A stretch of DNA of 64,000 nt from Heptranchias perlo (lineage: Eukaryota): the NCBI RefSeq assembly GCF_035084215.1, contig NC_090334.1:62992001-63056000 (forward strand), given 5' to 3'. Positions 38,755 through 51,934 of this stretch are shown here, one piece after another. A model generated the notes under the pieces. The model ran no database searches. It was not told the DNA's origin and saw only the letters and a list, made by a program, of their open reading frames with translations. Positions within the stretch are counted from its first letter, which is position 1. Each line of letters opens with the position of its first letter. The position numbers were made by a program, and so were the translations under genes.

Positions 38755-39150
38755 ATGATGAACTTTCGCCAGCGAATGGGTTGGATTGGTGTAGGATTAT
38801 ATCTGCTAGCAAGTGCTGCAGCCTTTTATTATGTATTTGAAATAAATGAAACTTACAACCAACTGGCTTTGGAGCATATTCAGCGGAACTCTGAGGACCT
38901 GGGGAGTGGATCCTCTTGGACACAGACTGTGACTGCGCGCTTGTTTTCGCTCCCTTTCTGGTTGTGGGGTATTCTGTTTCTGATTCCATACCTGCAAATC
39001 TTCCTATTCCTGTATTCATGTACGAGAGCCAATCCCAAGACAGTTGGCTACTGCATTTTCCCAATCTACCTGGCAGTCATCTGCAATCGTCACCAAGCTT
39101 TTGTCAAAGCCTCTAATCAAATCAACAGATTGAAAATAATTGACACATGA
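38755..39150 (+). CDS. LYSET: Lysosomal enzyme trafficking factor LYSET (TMEM251), 131 aa, single coding exon
   Basis: MMNFRQRMGWIGVGLYLLASAAAFYYVFEI...FLFLYSCTRANPKTVGYCI.PI.LAVICNRHQAFVKASNQI.RL..IDT is near-identical to human TMEM251. Polypyrimidine tract and acceptor ttgcAG end at 38735. Confidence 0.97.
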   Translation: MMNFRQRMGWIGVGLYLLASAAAFYYVFEINETYNQLALEHIQRNSEDLGSGSSWTQTVTARLFSLPFWLWGILFLIPYLQIFLFLYSCTRANPKTVGYCIFPIYLAVICNRHQAFVKASNQINRLKIIDT

Positions 39151-42100
39151 ATGGACTTATTACATGGGATTAACTTAGCTCAACCCAAATCAAGATTCAA
39201 AGCATGGGTGTTTAATTTTATGTAATCTGTCATGAAATGTCTGGCTGTTTCTGAAATTTAATTACTGGATTTTTAAAAAATATAAATGAAACTTTATTTG
39301 GAACTGCGCAGATCCTGCAGACAGCTGTGTAAAATGACATGGCTAGGACTGTGTTAAAGTTTCACTCGGTCACCAGGAGTCACTCCATTAACCCTTACCC
39401 ACGCAGATGTTTCAGGAATTTTCATTATTTTCAATGGGAATTCCCAGCTCTTTTAGGTCACTTTGGTGGGAAAAGGTTAGATTCTTCATCCTTCCAGATG
39501 CTTTAAACTTACATCTTTATTTTTAAGCACTTCAGTTTAATGTTTAATATTTAACTGATTTGAAAACAAGGTGCAGTAAATGTTTTATATTTCTGGCAAA
39601 ATGTCTGTTTAGGTATTTGCAAAACAGCACAGGTTATATTCACATCAACCATTTTTGGAAATGGGGTGTTTTCAAAATGGCCTGGTGAATAAAGATTATT
39701 TGACCATCTACTAATGTCATTTCCTGGTTTACATTTTTTTAAAAAAAAGAATAACCCTAACCTGTGTTCACAACAGTCTCCTTATGATAGTGTAGCAAAG
39801 CAAGAGTTCCTATAGTATACTGTGAATTCATGTACTGTTCAGTTAGTAAAGGGCTATACCTATAACTAAAGGCATTTTGGAGGAACTGAAAGAGCTGGTG
39901 ATTGTGTTCAAGGTGTATGAATCTTTTTATTAAGTATTTGGAAAGCACCAGATTTTCCAGAAAGGTTCTGAACGTATTATTAACCAAGCTCACTAACTGC
40001 CACAGGCCTATTTTATTTGATTAACCAGTGTCTCAATGTGACTATTAGCTGTTGGTTATATACGGAAGGATGACTCGGAGATTCAGGAGCAGTTGTTTTT
40101 GTAATGAAGGTACTTGTTCTGTGCAGCCAGTTTTTTTTTAATATACAAATAATTTAAACAGTGTATCTGGGCTAAACATTCACACTGGGACATGCATTAA
40201 GATCTGGGTCAATTAAGCAGTAATCTGTGCTGTAGCTAGTATTACAACTTGATGAAAAGTATCTATTGAAAGGATGGACAAAATCAGACTAAATTATAAT
40301 CACAAGCCCTTTGCAAAAGCAATAACAGGGAAAGTAAGCACATCATGTGACCCAGATACGGTATTGCGTGCAGAGCAGCAAGGTGCAGTGAAAGATGCAC
40401 CAACTGCTAACAATGTACAGAAAGACCATACACTCTCTAACACTTTTATACAAATTCTAATGCAAAATAGTTTTTATTTTTTTAGTGAAGGGCACTTTAG
40501 TGATAGTGTCATAATGAGAGAGTTCTGACTTTAAAAAGAAATTGGTAATTTTGTATCAATCTTGATTTGCAGATTCTTACTTTATTCCTGGGAATGTCAA
40601 CTCCTTTTATGATAAAATTAATTCCTTGCAGCTTTCATCTCACTTCCTGATGCACCTTGATTATTGGAATTGGAGGGGGGAAATGGTAACTGCCACAGAT
40701 TTTATACGATGCAATTGTAGAAAATGAATGATTGATTGGTTTCTAGCTGACTTTCAGAAAGTGCTGTATAACTACAAAGTGGGACTTGCATGAATATGCA
40801 AGGGGTGGGGGGGGGATGATGGCAATTCCTCTTTGCTCCTCGTTTGGAGACGTTAGGAACTAATTTGGGAAAACAACTACTTGTACGGTTTAGTCAGTTA
40901 GTGACTTATTTGCAGTCACTACATTCCAAGGTAATTCATTGTATATGAAGCACTTTGAAATGTTTCTATAAGAGATATCATCAAGCACTGTATAAATGCG
41001 AGTCTTTTTGGTAGTCGTTTGGCTTGGTAGGGAACTGTAATGCTTATCTGACTGTGAGGAGTGAATATTCTGATGTTTAGGGGGATGTTGAGTGAGTTGA
41101 CAGATGGTTTGTGTTTCCTCCTCTCCAAACCTCCTGGTGTTTGAATTTGGATGTGACGGCTCATTCATTCATTTGGCTGAAAGGAAATGCCAGATTGTGC
41201 AGGGGGAAGTTGTTCATTTACTTTTTGTGTGGCCAGTTGCTGCATGTGAAATAAATTTAGTGGTGTTGCCATAAACTGATATTGTAATATGGTGCCAATA
41301 AGACAGCTGCGAATGTTTTGCTTTTTTAAAAAAAAAAATAAAGCCATTTTGGCTTTCAAGATTTGTGCCAGTTTAAAACCCCAGCAGTCTTGCAGAATGT
41401 ATAAGCCTTTTAACTCTTGTATAGACAAATATATGTAAGAAATATGGTGCTGGTTTTGCTGCTGCATTTAAATTTCAAAACTGTCTGCTAATAAAGTCTT
41501 GTCCTGTACTGAGTGTGAACGTTTTGGTATAAACCAGTTTAAAATATCCAGTGTTATATGCACCGGCGTCAGTGTCGTGCTATTTTCAATACCTGGGTGA
41601 AAAGAATTCATTAAGTTCTAGGGCTGAGGTTTTGCATGCCTTAGTGCTTTTGAGGTGGGACTGGATCTAACCAAGCTGCCTTGCTCTCCAATAGTTCAGT
41701 ATAAGAACTTGTGATGGTAGAGTGTTGCTCTGCTTAAAATTCCTGCTTAATTTAAATTTTTCACTTTTATTGCATAACTTTCATGCATGTTATAAATATT
41801 TTAATCTCTGCATCTGTCACTGCTGCTAGGAACATAACTAGCAGAACATTAGCAGAAAGAATCCAAACTGGTACTGACTACAATTCTTCAGCAGTATCAG
41901 CACAAAATCCAATGGTACAGGTTTGTCAGAATATTTGGGTGATTTTGGAGGTGAGATCTCTGAATATGGTGGAGTTGGATCATACATTCAACTTCCCTAT
42001 TTTCTTGCACAGGAAGAGCCATAAGCATTTGGCATAAATTTTAAGGGCTTCTTTTAGGAAATAACTATAGTGTGCACAGTAAAAATGCTACACTATTTTG

Positions 42101-43904
42101 ACATTGTATAGGATTACAAGCTGAGTTATTTGACTCTTGATTTAACAATGGCAGGTCAAGATGGTCAAAGTCTTTATTTTTAAAAAAAAACAGGTCTCAT
42201 TGCTGTGAGGTCACATGGCCAGTTACCAGAAATGAGTGTGATGCCAAAGCTTGAAAATGGTCTAACTGTCCCAGCTGACATTTTCCCTATGTAAAACTGT
42301 GACTTGGGAGTTTGGTTTGTAAATGTTCTTGCAATATTAATGTTTGGGTCTTTGATCAACATAATAGTCAAAACCATTTTACAAAGAAAATACAATCCAT
42401 CCCCTCATCTCGATGGTAATTTCTCAACTGTTTGGCAATATCGTCTCTCTGCTAATTCAATTGTAGAATACAGTTTGTATCTGGTTTTCCTTTTGGATAG
42501 TTCCTGATTGTTTCCACCCTGTGTGACTTCAGACTACCTACCAAGCAGCTGCTGCAGTAGAGGGTTTAGGTCATCTGTCTCCTTGCTTGCTCTTGGAGAA
42601 CTTTGCAGGGAGGAAATAAGTACTTAAACAACAAAAGAAAATAAATCCATGACAATGTGCATCACCAATTGCCTCTGTTGTTTGTGTAACTTGTAGTTTA
42701 TGCAGTGGAACCACCCAAAAATGAATACAGCTTTTAATTAAATAATTTTGACAAGCACTTAAAACTAGCTTGTTTTATGGCATTAAATTCCCTTGTGTCT
42801 TATATTTTCCTGAAGCTGCTATGCAGCCTAGCGATTGTCCATGATATCATAGTAACCTACTACACTCCTTTCAATGACCCTGTAGCCTACCCATGTTTCT
42901 AGTTAATATAAACACTGTACCTTTTTATGTAGGAGTTTTTGATTGTTCACATGTACCAGTTTTGGATATATGCCACCCCCCCAGTAGGAATGAGATTGTG
43001 ATTTTTTTTTAAAAAAGTCTAAACATTCTTGAACTTCTGAGTTCTTAATTTGCACAGCAGAAAAAGCTCTTTTTTTAAAAATTAAAGTTTTCAATATATA
43101 AAAACCAAAAGGCAGAGACTGTATCTTGAACAAAACAAGATATTACTATAGCCCATACTGAATCCAATAAATTCCAAATTTATCCTCTTAAAAATGACAT
43201 GAGGTAGGCCTACTGCTGGCCTACCACCTGCTGTAACATTAATGCATACAGATCAGAGGTTCAATTCATGGTTTGTACAGAGTTTGCTGATCTCAGCCAG
43301 AGCAACAGTTGGGGTGCTACAATTGTCCCCAGCATCTTGGAGCTACTGTTGTAGGGTTGTCCTCCCCCCCCCCCCCCCCCCCCCCGGTAAAACACTTAAT
43401 TTTGATCCAATGTGTCATGTCATCAAATAGATTTGTCTACCTTCTAAGCACCACAGTCATCTTCCTTCATTTGTTGTGAACGGCATAAAAACAAATGTTT
43501 TATAGTCATTATTTCAAGGAATGTCATGGGGTCTATTTGCTTTTTAAATACAATAAATGTTTGCTTTAATACAAGTTTTTTTTAAATAGTTGTGATCTTT
43601 TAACATTACTTTAAATTCAGTCCGCAGGTTTTTTATTAAGTCAGTGATCCTGGGAGATGTAATCCTGCTGGCAGTCTAAGACTTAATATTGCAAATAGAT
43701 TTGAAGAAAAAATTCAAGCAGCCAACAATACATGTACATCAGATTATCTAAAATAGGAGGGTAGAGAAAAGAAGGTTTCCTTACAATATGGAGTTTGTAA
43801 TATTGGATGGTCTCCATATTCATGGTATTATGAAAGTGCAGTTATTCTCCAGACTTGTAAAATTAGTTTAAGTGCTAAATCAGATGTTGAAAGATCCATG
43901 GACA

Positions 43905-44245
43905 ATAACTTGCATTTATATAGCAGCTTTAATGTAGTAAAACATCCCAAGGTGCTTCACCCGTTTGACACTGAGCTACACAAGGAGATTAGAACAGGAG
44001 ACCAAAGCTTGGTTAAAGAGGTAGGTTTTAAGGAGCATCCAAGAGGAGAGAGAGAGAGGGAGACTCAGGTTTAGGGAGAGAATTCTAGAGCTCAGGGCCT
44101 AAGCAACTGAATGCACGGTTGCCAATTGTGGAGTGATGAAAATTGGGGATGCACAAGAGGCCAGAATTGGAGGAGTGCAGAGATCTGAGGGTTGGAGAAG
44201 GAGATATGGAAAGGTGAGGCTATGGAGGGATTTGAAAACAAGGCC
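43905..44245 (-). mobile_element. L2 LINE 3' end
   Basis: Colinear with 24200-24620. Confidence 0.8.
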
Positions 44246-45045
44246 TTGGCAAACATTCCATTTATAACAGGCAACCTGGATTCCTCCAGTTCAGATTCAT
44301 TGTAAAACTATTAATTTGCTTTTAAGTGAAGTTTCCCTCTCTTTACCAATAGATCATTTGGCCAGAGCATAAATCACCAGCAATTGTGTGCTTAGCTATA
44401 ATGTTACTGTGGTGTTTCATAGTTACTAATATTTTCAGACTCAAATAGAATAGATTTGAGCCCATAAAAGCAAAGAGGGAAAGATACTGGCTGAGTGTTT
44501 GAAATTAGGCTTTTTAAAAAAAATCACCCCCACATCTTTTTCTTTATGGCTCAGCTAAACTAACAGCACTCTTCTAGGCCTCACCTTAAACAGGAAAATG
44601 GCTCAGTGATGGTAGCATATGGCAATTCCCAAGCTTAAGCAATGCCTTATTATCTCAAGCACTCTGAAATAGTCTTTTAAAAAGTCACCATCATCCCCAT
44701 GGGTGCATCTATTTTGAACAAGCTTTCCACCATGGAGATATCTATGATTGTGTTGTGCAATATGAAGAGCTAGTCTTAAACAAATCAATTTCAATCTTTC
44801 TTCTTTCCCAGACACAAAGTAAATCATAAAATGTATTTAATTTCTTAAGTAAAAAGTTAACGTATCAGGTTTTCAAAAACTTATACTCTAAGACAAAAAT
44901 ATGCAGCTGCAGAAAGAGTTGAGTAGCCTTTCAAACATGTGAAAAGTCTTAAACTGGTGACCATCTTTAAGTTCTCCATGGAGCAGTCAGTCACTGCAGC
45001 ACCTTGAACACATTCTGGAGCAGTTAGACAGTCCCACATGGTAAG

Positions 45046-45134
45046 TCAAGATTGTTTCCTAGTCCTTTTTGCAGGAGGTGCATCTCCACCACCTTTGTTC
45101 ACTGGTTCATCTTCATTGTCTTCTTCATCTTCAC
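45046..45134 (-). CDS. GON7: GON7 (KEOPS/EKC subunit, C14orf142) exon 2
   Basis: aattag|GT GAA GAT GAA GAA GAC... = (G)EDEEDNEDEPVNKGGGDAPPAKRTRKQS*, matching the human acidic tail and SAKRPK motif. 89 bp, phase-compatible with exon 1 (211+89=300 nt). Confidence 0.88.
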
Positions 45135-45854
45135 CTAATTCAAGGAAAAAAAATTCAATTTGTAGCAAAGCAGTTTTCAATAATTGTATTTTTAGGGATC
45201 TGGGTACAGACCCCACCACTTAGTGAGTGTGTTGGTGTTAAAGCAATTTGCCTGTTATATGGTGGATGGTAAAACCAAAAATGCAAGTAACCAACATATT
45301 TTTAAAAAAACACTCATTTAGCAACTGCAGCCAGAATCTCATCACTAAGGGTAATCACAAACAACTGAGTGAAACTGCTTGAAGATCCAACTTAGTCTGA
45401 AATCAGCAGAGCCTTTTAAATTGTTAAGTACAAGGCAAGTATTTATTGAACTGCCCGAAATAGTCGATGTGTTTGTAATTGACCCCTATAGTAATAGCAA
45501 ATGGTTAGTTCTATAGCTGCCTATGCTAAGCATAGATGGTGTAAGTGGTGAGGACTGTACCAATAAACTGAGTTACAGGTACAATAGTCTAATGGTTATG
45601 GTACTATTAGTAATTTAAAAAGATTGAGTTGTGAATTGAATTTATTAAATCTGGTCATTTGTTGAGCCAGCACCAGGAAAGAGTGAGTGAAAGCTGCCAG
45701 TGATTGTAAAAACCCAACTGGTTCACTAATGCCCTCGGTGGAAGGAAGCTGCCACACCTACCCAATCCGGCCCAGTTGTGACTCCAGTCTCAGTGATTGA
45801 CTCAATGACCTCAGGGCAATTAAGGGTGGACAATAAATGCCAGTGTCAGCCATA

Positions 45855-46505
45855 ACAACAACAATTTGCATTTATATAACACCTTGTAACACAGGAAAAC
45901 GTCCCAAGTTGCTTCTTGGGAGTGATTAACAAACAAAATTTGACACTGAGCCACAAGGATATTAGAACAGCTTGGTCAAAGAGGTTTTAAAGGAGCATCT
46001 TAAAAGGTGGAGAGGTTTAGGGAGGGAATTCCAGAGCTTACGGCTTAGGCAGCTGAAGGCACGGCTGCCAATGGTGGAGCAAAGAAAATTGGGGATGTGC
46101 AAAAGGCCAGAATTGGAGGAGGGTTGTAGGCCTGGAGGAGGTTAGAGAGGGGGAGGGGTGAGGCTATGGAGTGATTTATAAACAAGGATGAGAATTTTAA
46201 AATCAAGACATTGTCGGACAGAGCCAATGTAGGTCAGCGGGCAGAGGGGTGATGGGCAAACAAGTTAGGATAGGATACGGGCAGCAGAGTTTTGGATGAG
46301 TTCAAGTTTATGGAAGGTGCAAAGCGGGAGGCCGGCCAAGAGAGCATTGGAATAGTCAAGTCTAGAGGAAACAAAGGCATGGATGAAGATTTCAGCAGGA
46401 GATGAGCTGAGGCAGGGCCAGAGATGGGCGATGTTAGAGGTGGATGTAGGCGGTATTGGTGATTGTGGATATTAGGTCGGAAGCTCAGCTTAGGGTCAAA
46501 TAAGT
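45855..46505 (-). mobile_element. L2 LINE 3' fragment
   Basis: LFDPKLSFRPNI... through to the AAATGCAAATTGTTGTTG tail on the minus strand. Confidence 0.85.
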
Positions 46506-46794
46506 ACATCAAGCAACTTTTTTTTTAAAAATTGAAATTCTACTCCGGTAAGCTGCACCCTGAATTAGGCAGTGGTTTGACACCTTGTTTTTTTGCAACA
46601 TAGCGAGTTCCTGATCTCAACTACTTTCATCGGGTTGTGGGAGGATCAAGAAAGCAAGGGGCTGCTCAAGTGCTTTTAACGTTACAGCACTTCTGTTAAC
46701 ACTGCTTAAAACAAAATTGTAGGTATGAAGTAGTTCTTTGTCAGCACGTTTCAATAATCTTGGTAATGCAAAGGTTAAGGTCTAAAGTTCCTAA

Positions 46795-47100
46795 GTGAGG
46801 GCCCGGTGAGTGAGTGAATGAAGCACATCATGTGGTTCTCAGCTATACACACCAGCAAAGTCTGAGGTTTGCACTCCTGTCTGTGCCATGTTAGCCAATC
46901 TTAGCTGAAGTGGTGGTGGTGATGGTGATGATACACCTAGTCTGTGACCCAAAGCTAAACAGGAATGGGGAAATGAAGAGAAAATTAAGTAAGGTTCCCC
47001 ACTGGATTGTTCCCCAGTAGTGCTTGCTTGAAAGTGTGCATGTGGACATCAAAACACGTCCGAGACTTGGCTCAGATGTGAAGTCCTCTGGTAGTGTCCG
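46795..47100 (+). mobile_element. AmnSINE2-like SINE, degenerate
   Basis: CTATACACACCAG.AAAGTC..AGGTTTG...TCTGTGCC.TGTTAGCCAATCTTAGC...GAAAGTGTGCATGTGGACATCA. Confidence 0.45.
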
Positions 47101-50100
47101 ATTGGCTAGTGTTAATGTAGGAATATCAATAACTATAGAATAATTACAAAGCATAGCTCATTTCCATCAACAGAAAATTGTGGCAATGTTTTCCAGAAGT
47201 TTTGGCAATTTCTCCCCTCTCCCTGAAAGCTTTTTCCATTTATTGGTTTGTCTGGCCAGAGTTCGAATTGTTATACTTCGGCTAAGCAGAAGTGAGTTTG
47301 ACAAAAACTTTAACTGATCGTTCATTAAAACTATTCTCCAAACATGCATGTGTGAAGTTTCAGATTGGCCTATTCCTTACAGACTCAATGACAATCGTAA
47401 CTGGGGTAGTGAAAGGAGCCCCTGGGTTAGGGAAGTGAAAAATTGGTCAGGGTTTTCCCTCCTGATCAGCTTCGCTCATTGACAAGATGTATGGATGCAC
47501 GATGAGGATAGGATCAAGCTCAATTATGCTACCCCTTCCAGGGCAAATAGCCTGCCAACCACCTAGGTTCACACATGACAAATGGCCATTTGGGTGAGAC
47601 AGCTGAGAGTGACCAACACCCATGGAACCATACTCCAGGAAGATCACTAGATAAATATGGGTGGTGGTGCTCCAGACCCCTGATGTCTGCTCCTCCAGCA
47701 CTATACCCTGTCTGCTTCCCAATCACTATGCCGTACCCCTAATGTAAATATGGATGAGGAAGGTTATTTGGCCCAACTTAGACCTTCCTTCCAGAAAGGC
47801 CCTGCATTTCCCTTCACTGGATCAAACTGTTTATAAAATTATTTCAGGATTCTATTGTGATTGGCCAGTATGAACATAGGGTCAGGCAGGCCTACCCCCA
47901 GAGACAGAAGCAGGTGCCTCACCAAACAGACAACATCACTAACATTTTTTATTGTTGTCCCAGCCAAACTAATTTCTAACTAAAATTAATTATTTTAAAC
48001 AAAAAACAGTAAGGAGAGGAGTTAAAGCAAAATTCCATGTGTTGCTCACCAGGGATAGGGGGAATGGAGGAGTGGCACAAAGGAGAATGGGTAGGGAAGG
48101 CAATGGGAAGAAGCAGGGGATGATATGGAATAGGGAAGCAATAGGATCAACAGGCTGTTATGGGTAAGGTGTAGTGATGGGGAGCAGACAGGGTATAATG
48201 CTGCAGGAGCAGATATCGGGGGCCTGCAGCACCACCACCCATTTTGCATTGCTTCCCACTGCTGTCTTGTAACCCACCATTCATCGCTCCAAAGCAAATT
48301 TGTGCACCTAGCTGGATCCCCAACTCCGAAAGCTGCCTGTACAGGTCATTCCCTTGATCACCACCCATGTTTCACACTAAGAAAAGGAAAGGGACAAAAG
48401 AACACAGAGTGTGCACGTGCAAGAAAATAAAGAAAGAGATGGTATGCTGCACCTTACCAGGAGCAACGCCATAGTTGACCAGACTTATTTTTAAATTAAG
48501 TTGATCCATTGTTATCTCAATATATTAAAGACAATCCCCCTTTACCTCAAATCCTTTCCTTCCCCACCAAAACTGCAACATCTTCCTTTACCAAATCATC
48601 TCCACTTCTAGATCATGAAGTACAACATCCACATCTGCTGCTAAACCACTGAGGAAAAAATTCTATAAACCCCAAAACTAGCATTATACACCAAATGGCA
48701 CCTTGCATAAAGTTCAGCTTTAGTCAGTCAAGAGCTTTATTCTGAATACAGTTAAAGCCAAGATCCCCACAATAATATGCACCATTTGGCCCAAAAACGA
48801 TTTTTTTTTCAGCCAATAGTGCTAAAGTTAGAAATACAAGTACATTTTCCTCAGTGTAAAATCAAGTATGCATATGTTCAGTTGCCACTCTCAGTAATTG
48901 TGGATTAGTTCAGCTCCCCTGCACAAAGCCATGTGAAATAGGAACAAATCCTAATTTAAAGCTAAGCCTTCCATTTTTGGGTTGGGCAGAGAGGGTGGAA
49001 TAATAAAAAGTTGTATAATATTCATTTTAATTCATCATAAATCTCATGTGAAGATCATTCTACAAAGAATGGGAAAGGAAATCATTTATTAAAAAAGGTG
49101 ACATTATTGTATGCAAACTGACCAGAAATTTTGGATATAAATTAAACCTCAAATTTAAAGACAGAACTTGCCAGAAATACTCATCAGATGAATCATAATA
49201 CATACTCCCCACCCACCCAGAGCCATGTTATCTCCCGGAAGAGGCAAAAACCCAGGCCAATGTCATAATTTATCTTATCTCTTTACAAGTGCTAACTGAC
49301 CAGCTCTATATTTCCAGTACTTTCTGTTGTATGTTGTACTTCTTGTATTTTCTGTTTTTATTTAAATTTCCAGCATTTGCAATTGTTCTTTATTTTACTG
49401 AAATTTAAAGATATTATCCCTTTGGATCTCTGAAATGGACCACCACCTTCTCAAGGGCAATTATGGATGGGCAATAAATGCCAGCCTCGCCAGCGACGCC
49501 CACATCCCATGAACGAATAAAAAAAATGGACAACGGTCAAGATTTGTTTTAAAGGATTTCCTTGAAAGTGCAAAAGGTAACCCTGTATTCTTTCCTTATT
49601 AAAAAAAAGTGAACAAAGGTTTTAAACTGAACATCTTAAGTTTTCAGCCATTAATATTTTACTGTGCTGGCAAAAGGCTGGCCTGTTCTCCAGCCCATCA
49701 TTACAAAGTGCCAGCTTGGGGGTTATTAGATTTATTAAATGCATCATGTGAACATGGCTTATTAGTTCTCCATCCAGTCAGAATCTGACTAAACTAAAGC
49801 CGCCACTTCTGATGGACTGTAAATCCACCTGTCTCTGCTCAGTATATTTTAAAATCAGTAATTTTAAAATGCTCAGATAGCAGCTTCTACCTCACGCTGA
49901 AATATTGCCAAGAGTGCACTTGTCTGGGTTTCTGCTTTCCTCAAAGAGCCTGACTATATGCACTTAGAGTACTTTCCCTTGTGATGATCAAAAGGTAGCT
50001 GCATGCTACAATTAAAAAAAAGTGACCAAAAGAGTAACATCTGGAATATTTTCTAAAAATGTACTGGTTCATGAAATACAAAGCAAGACTTGTAAATTGC

Positions 50101-50154
50101 TTTCAAAAGCTATAAAGAGATTTTCAGCAATTCATTTGGTTAAAAATGCCAAAA

Positions 50155-51031
50155 TTGGAACATGGGAATAGGAGTAGGCCATTTAGCCCCTCGAGCCTGT
50201 TCCACCATTCAATGAGATCATGGCTGATCTGTGACCTAACTCCATATACCTGCCTAAGCCTCATATCCCTTAATACCTTTGATAGATTTAAAATCTGAGA
50301 TTGGGCAACAAAAATCTAACAATTGAGCTAGCATCAACTGCCGTTTGTGGAAGTGAGTTCCAAACTTCTACCTTGCATGTAGAAGTGTTTCCTAACTTCA
50401 TTCCTGACTAATTTTTAGGCCATGTCCCCTAGTCCTAGACTCCCCAACCAGCGGAAATAGTTTCTCTCCAACTACCCTATCAGTTCCCCTTAATATCTTG
50501 AAAACTTCAATCAAATCACCCTTTAATCTTCTCAATTCCAGGGATTATAACCCTAGTTTGTGTAATCTAGCCTCGTAAATTAACCCTTGGAGTCCAGGTA
50601 TCAATCAAGTAATTGTACGCTGCACTCCCTCCAAGGCCAATATATACTTCCTAAGGTGCGGCATCCAGAAATGAACACAGTACTCCAGGTGTGGTCTAAC
50701 CAGGGTATAGCTGTAGCATAACTCCTACTCCCTTGTATTCTAGGTGCTCTAGATATAAAGGCCAGCACTCTATTAGCCTTTTTGATTATTTTCTGTACCT
50801 GTACATGACATTTTAATGATATATGTTTATGGACCCCCCCCACAAACAAGTCTCTCTGGACCTCCACTGATTTGAGCTTTACCCCATTTTAGGTCCAAAG
50901 TGGATGGCCTCACACTTACCTACATTGGAATTGATTTGCCATAGTTTTGCCCATTCACTTAATCTATTAATATCTCAGCAATTTTATGCTTCCATCTACA
51001 CTGCTTACAATGCTGCCTATCTTTGTGTCAT
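50155..51031 (-). mobile_element. CR1 LINE RT C-terminus to 3' end (host of the Penelope insertion)
   Basis: Minus strand reads FADDTKIG (split by the insertion, continuing at 51986-52006), QVQKIIKKANRVLAFISR, and the CR1 3' UTR. Confidence 0.85.
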
Positions 51032-51117
51032 GATGTGGAGATGCCGGTGATGGACTGGGGTTGACAATTGTAAACAATTTTACAACACCAAGTTATAGTC
51101 CAGCAATTTTATTTTAA

Positions 51118-51158
51118 ATTCACAAGCTTTCGGAGATTTTCTCCTTCCTCAGGCAAAT
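51118..51158 (-). ncRNA. Putative minimal hammerhead ribozyme (left-arm copy)
   Basis: Reverse complement of 51894-51934. Confidence 0.65.
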
Positions 51159-51893
51159 GTTTCAAGATCTCCTTGAAGCCTACGCATTTATACATATTGA
51201 ACAATAATAAATGGTGTTTACAGACTGCCTCTGCAACTGCCCGTTGCCAAGGCAATCACCGTGTTCAGACAGAGAGGTGTTACCTGCAGAACCTCCGAAT
51301 ACACATTCAATAAAAAAACAAACAGGGAAAAAAAAAGAGAAAAAAAAACACAGAGAGGCAGAAACATCCGGAAGGCAGAGAGAGCCAGCAAATGACCCAT
51401 TATATTAAAAACAGATAACATTTGTTCGCTGGTGGGGTAACGTGTAGCGTGACATGAACCCAAGATCCCGGTTGAGGCCGTCCTCATGGGTGCGGAACTT
51501 GGCGAGACACACGACAACGCAAAATCGTCGAGCAGAAATTGATAGCCAAGTTCCGCACCCATGAGGACGGCCTCAACCGGGATCTTGGGTTCATGTCACG
51601 CTACACGTTACCCCACCAGCGAACAAATGTTATCTGTTTTTAATATAATGGGTCATTTGCTGGCTCTCTCTGCCTTCCGGATGTTTCTGCCTCTCTCTGT
51701 GTTTTTTTTTCTCTGTTTTTTTTTCCCTGTTTGTTTTTTTATTGAATGTGTATTCGGAGGTTCTGCAGGTAACACCTCTCTGTCTGAACACGGTGATTGC
51801 CTTGGCAACGGGCAGTTGCAGAGGCAGTCTGTAAACACCATTTATTATTGTTCAATATGTATAAATGCGTAGGCTTCAAGGAGATCTTGAAAC

Positions 51894-51934
51894 ATTTGCC
51901 TGAGGAAGGAGAAAATCTCCGAAAGCTTGTGAAT
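51894..51934 (+). ncRNA. Putative minimal type I hammerhead ribozyme of the Penelope element
   Basis: AUUUGC-CUGAGGA-A-GGAG-AAAAU-CUCC-GAAA-GCUU-GUGAAU: core CUGANGA/GAAA, stem II GGAG/CUCC, stem I AUUUGC/GUGAAU (two G-U pairs), palindromic AAGCUU in place of stem III. Confidence 0.7.

Noticed and set aside
51211-51872. Mirror-image ORF pairs (51218-51562/51561-51872 and 51211-51408/51653-51841) as duplicated genes
   Set aside because: They are by-products of the Penelope inverted repeat. The meaningful frame is the GIY-YIG tail at 51503-51643.
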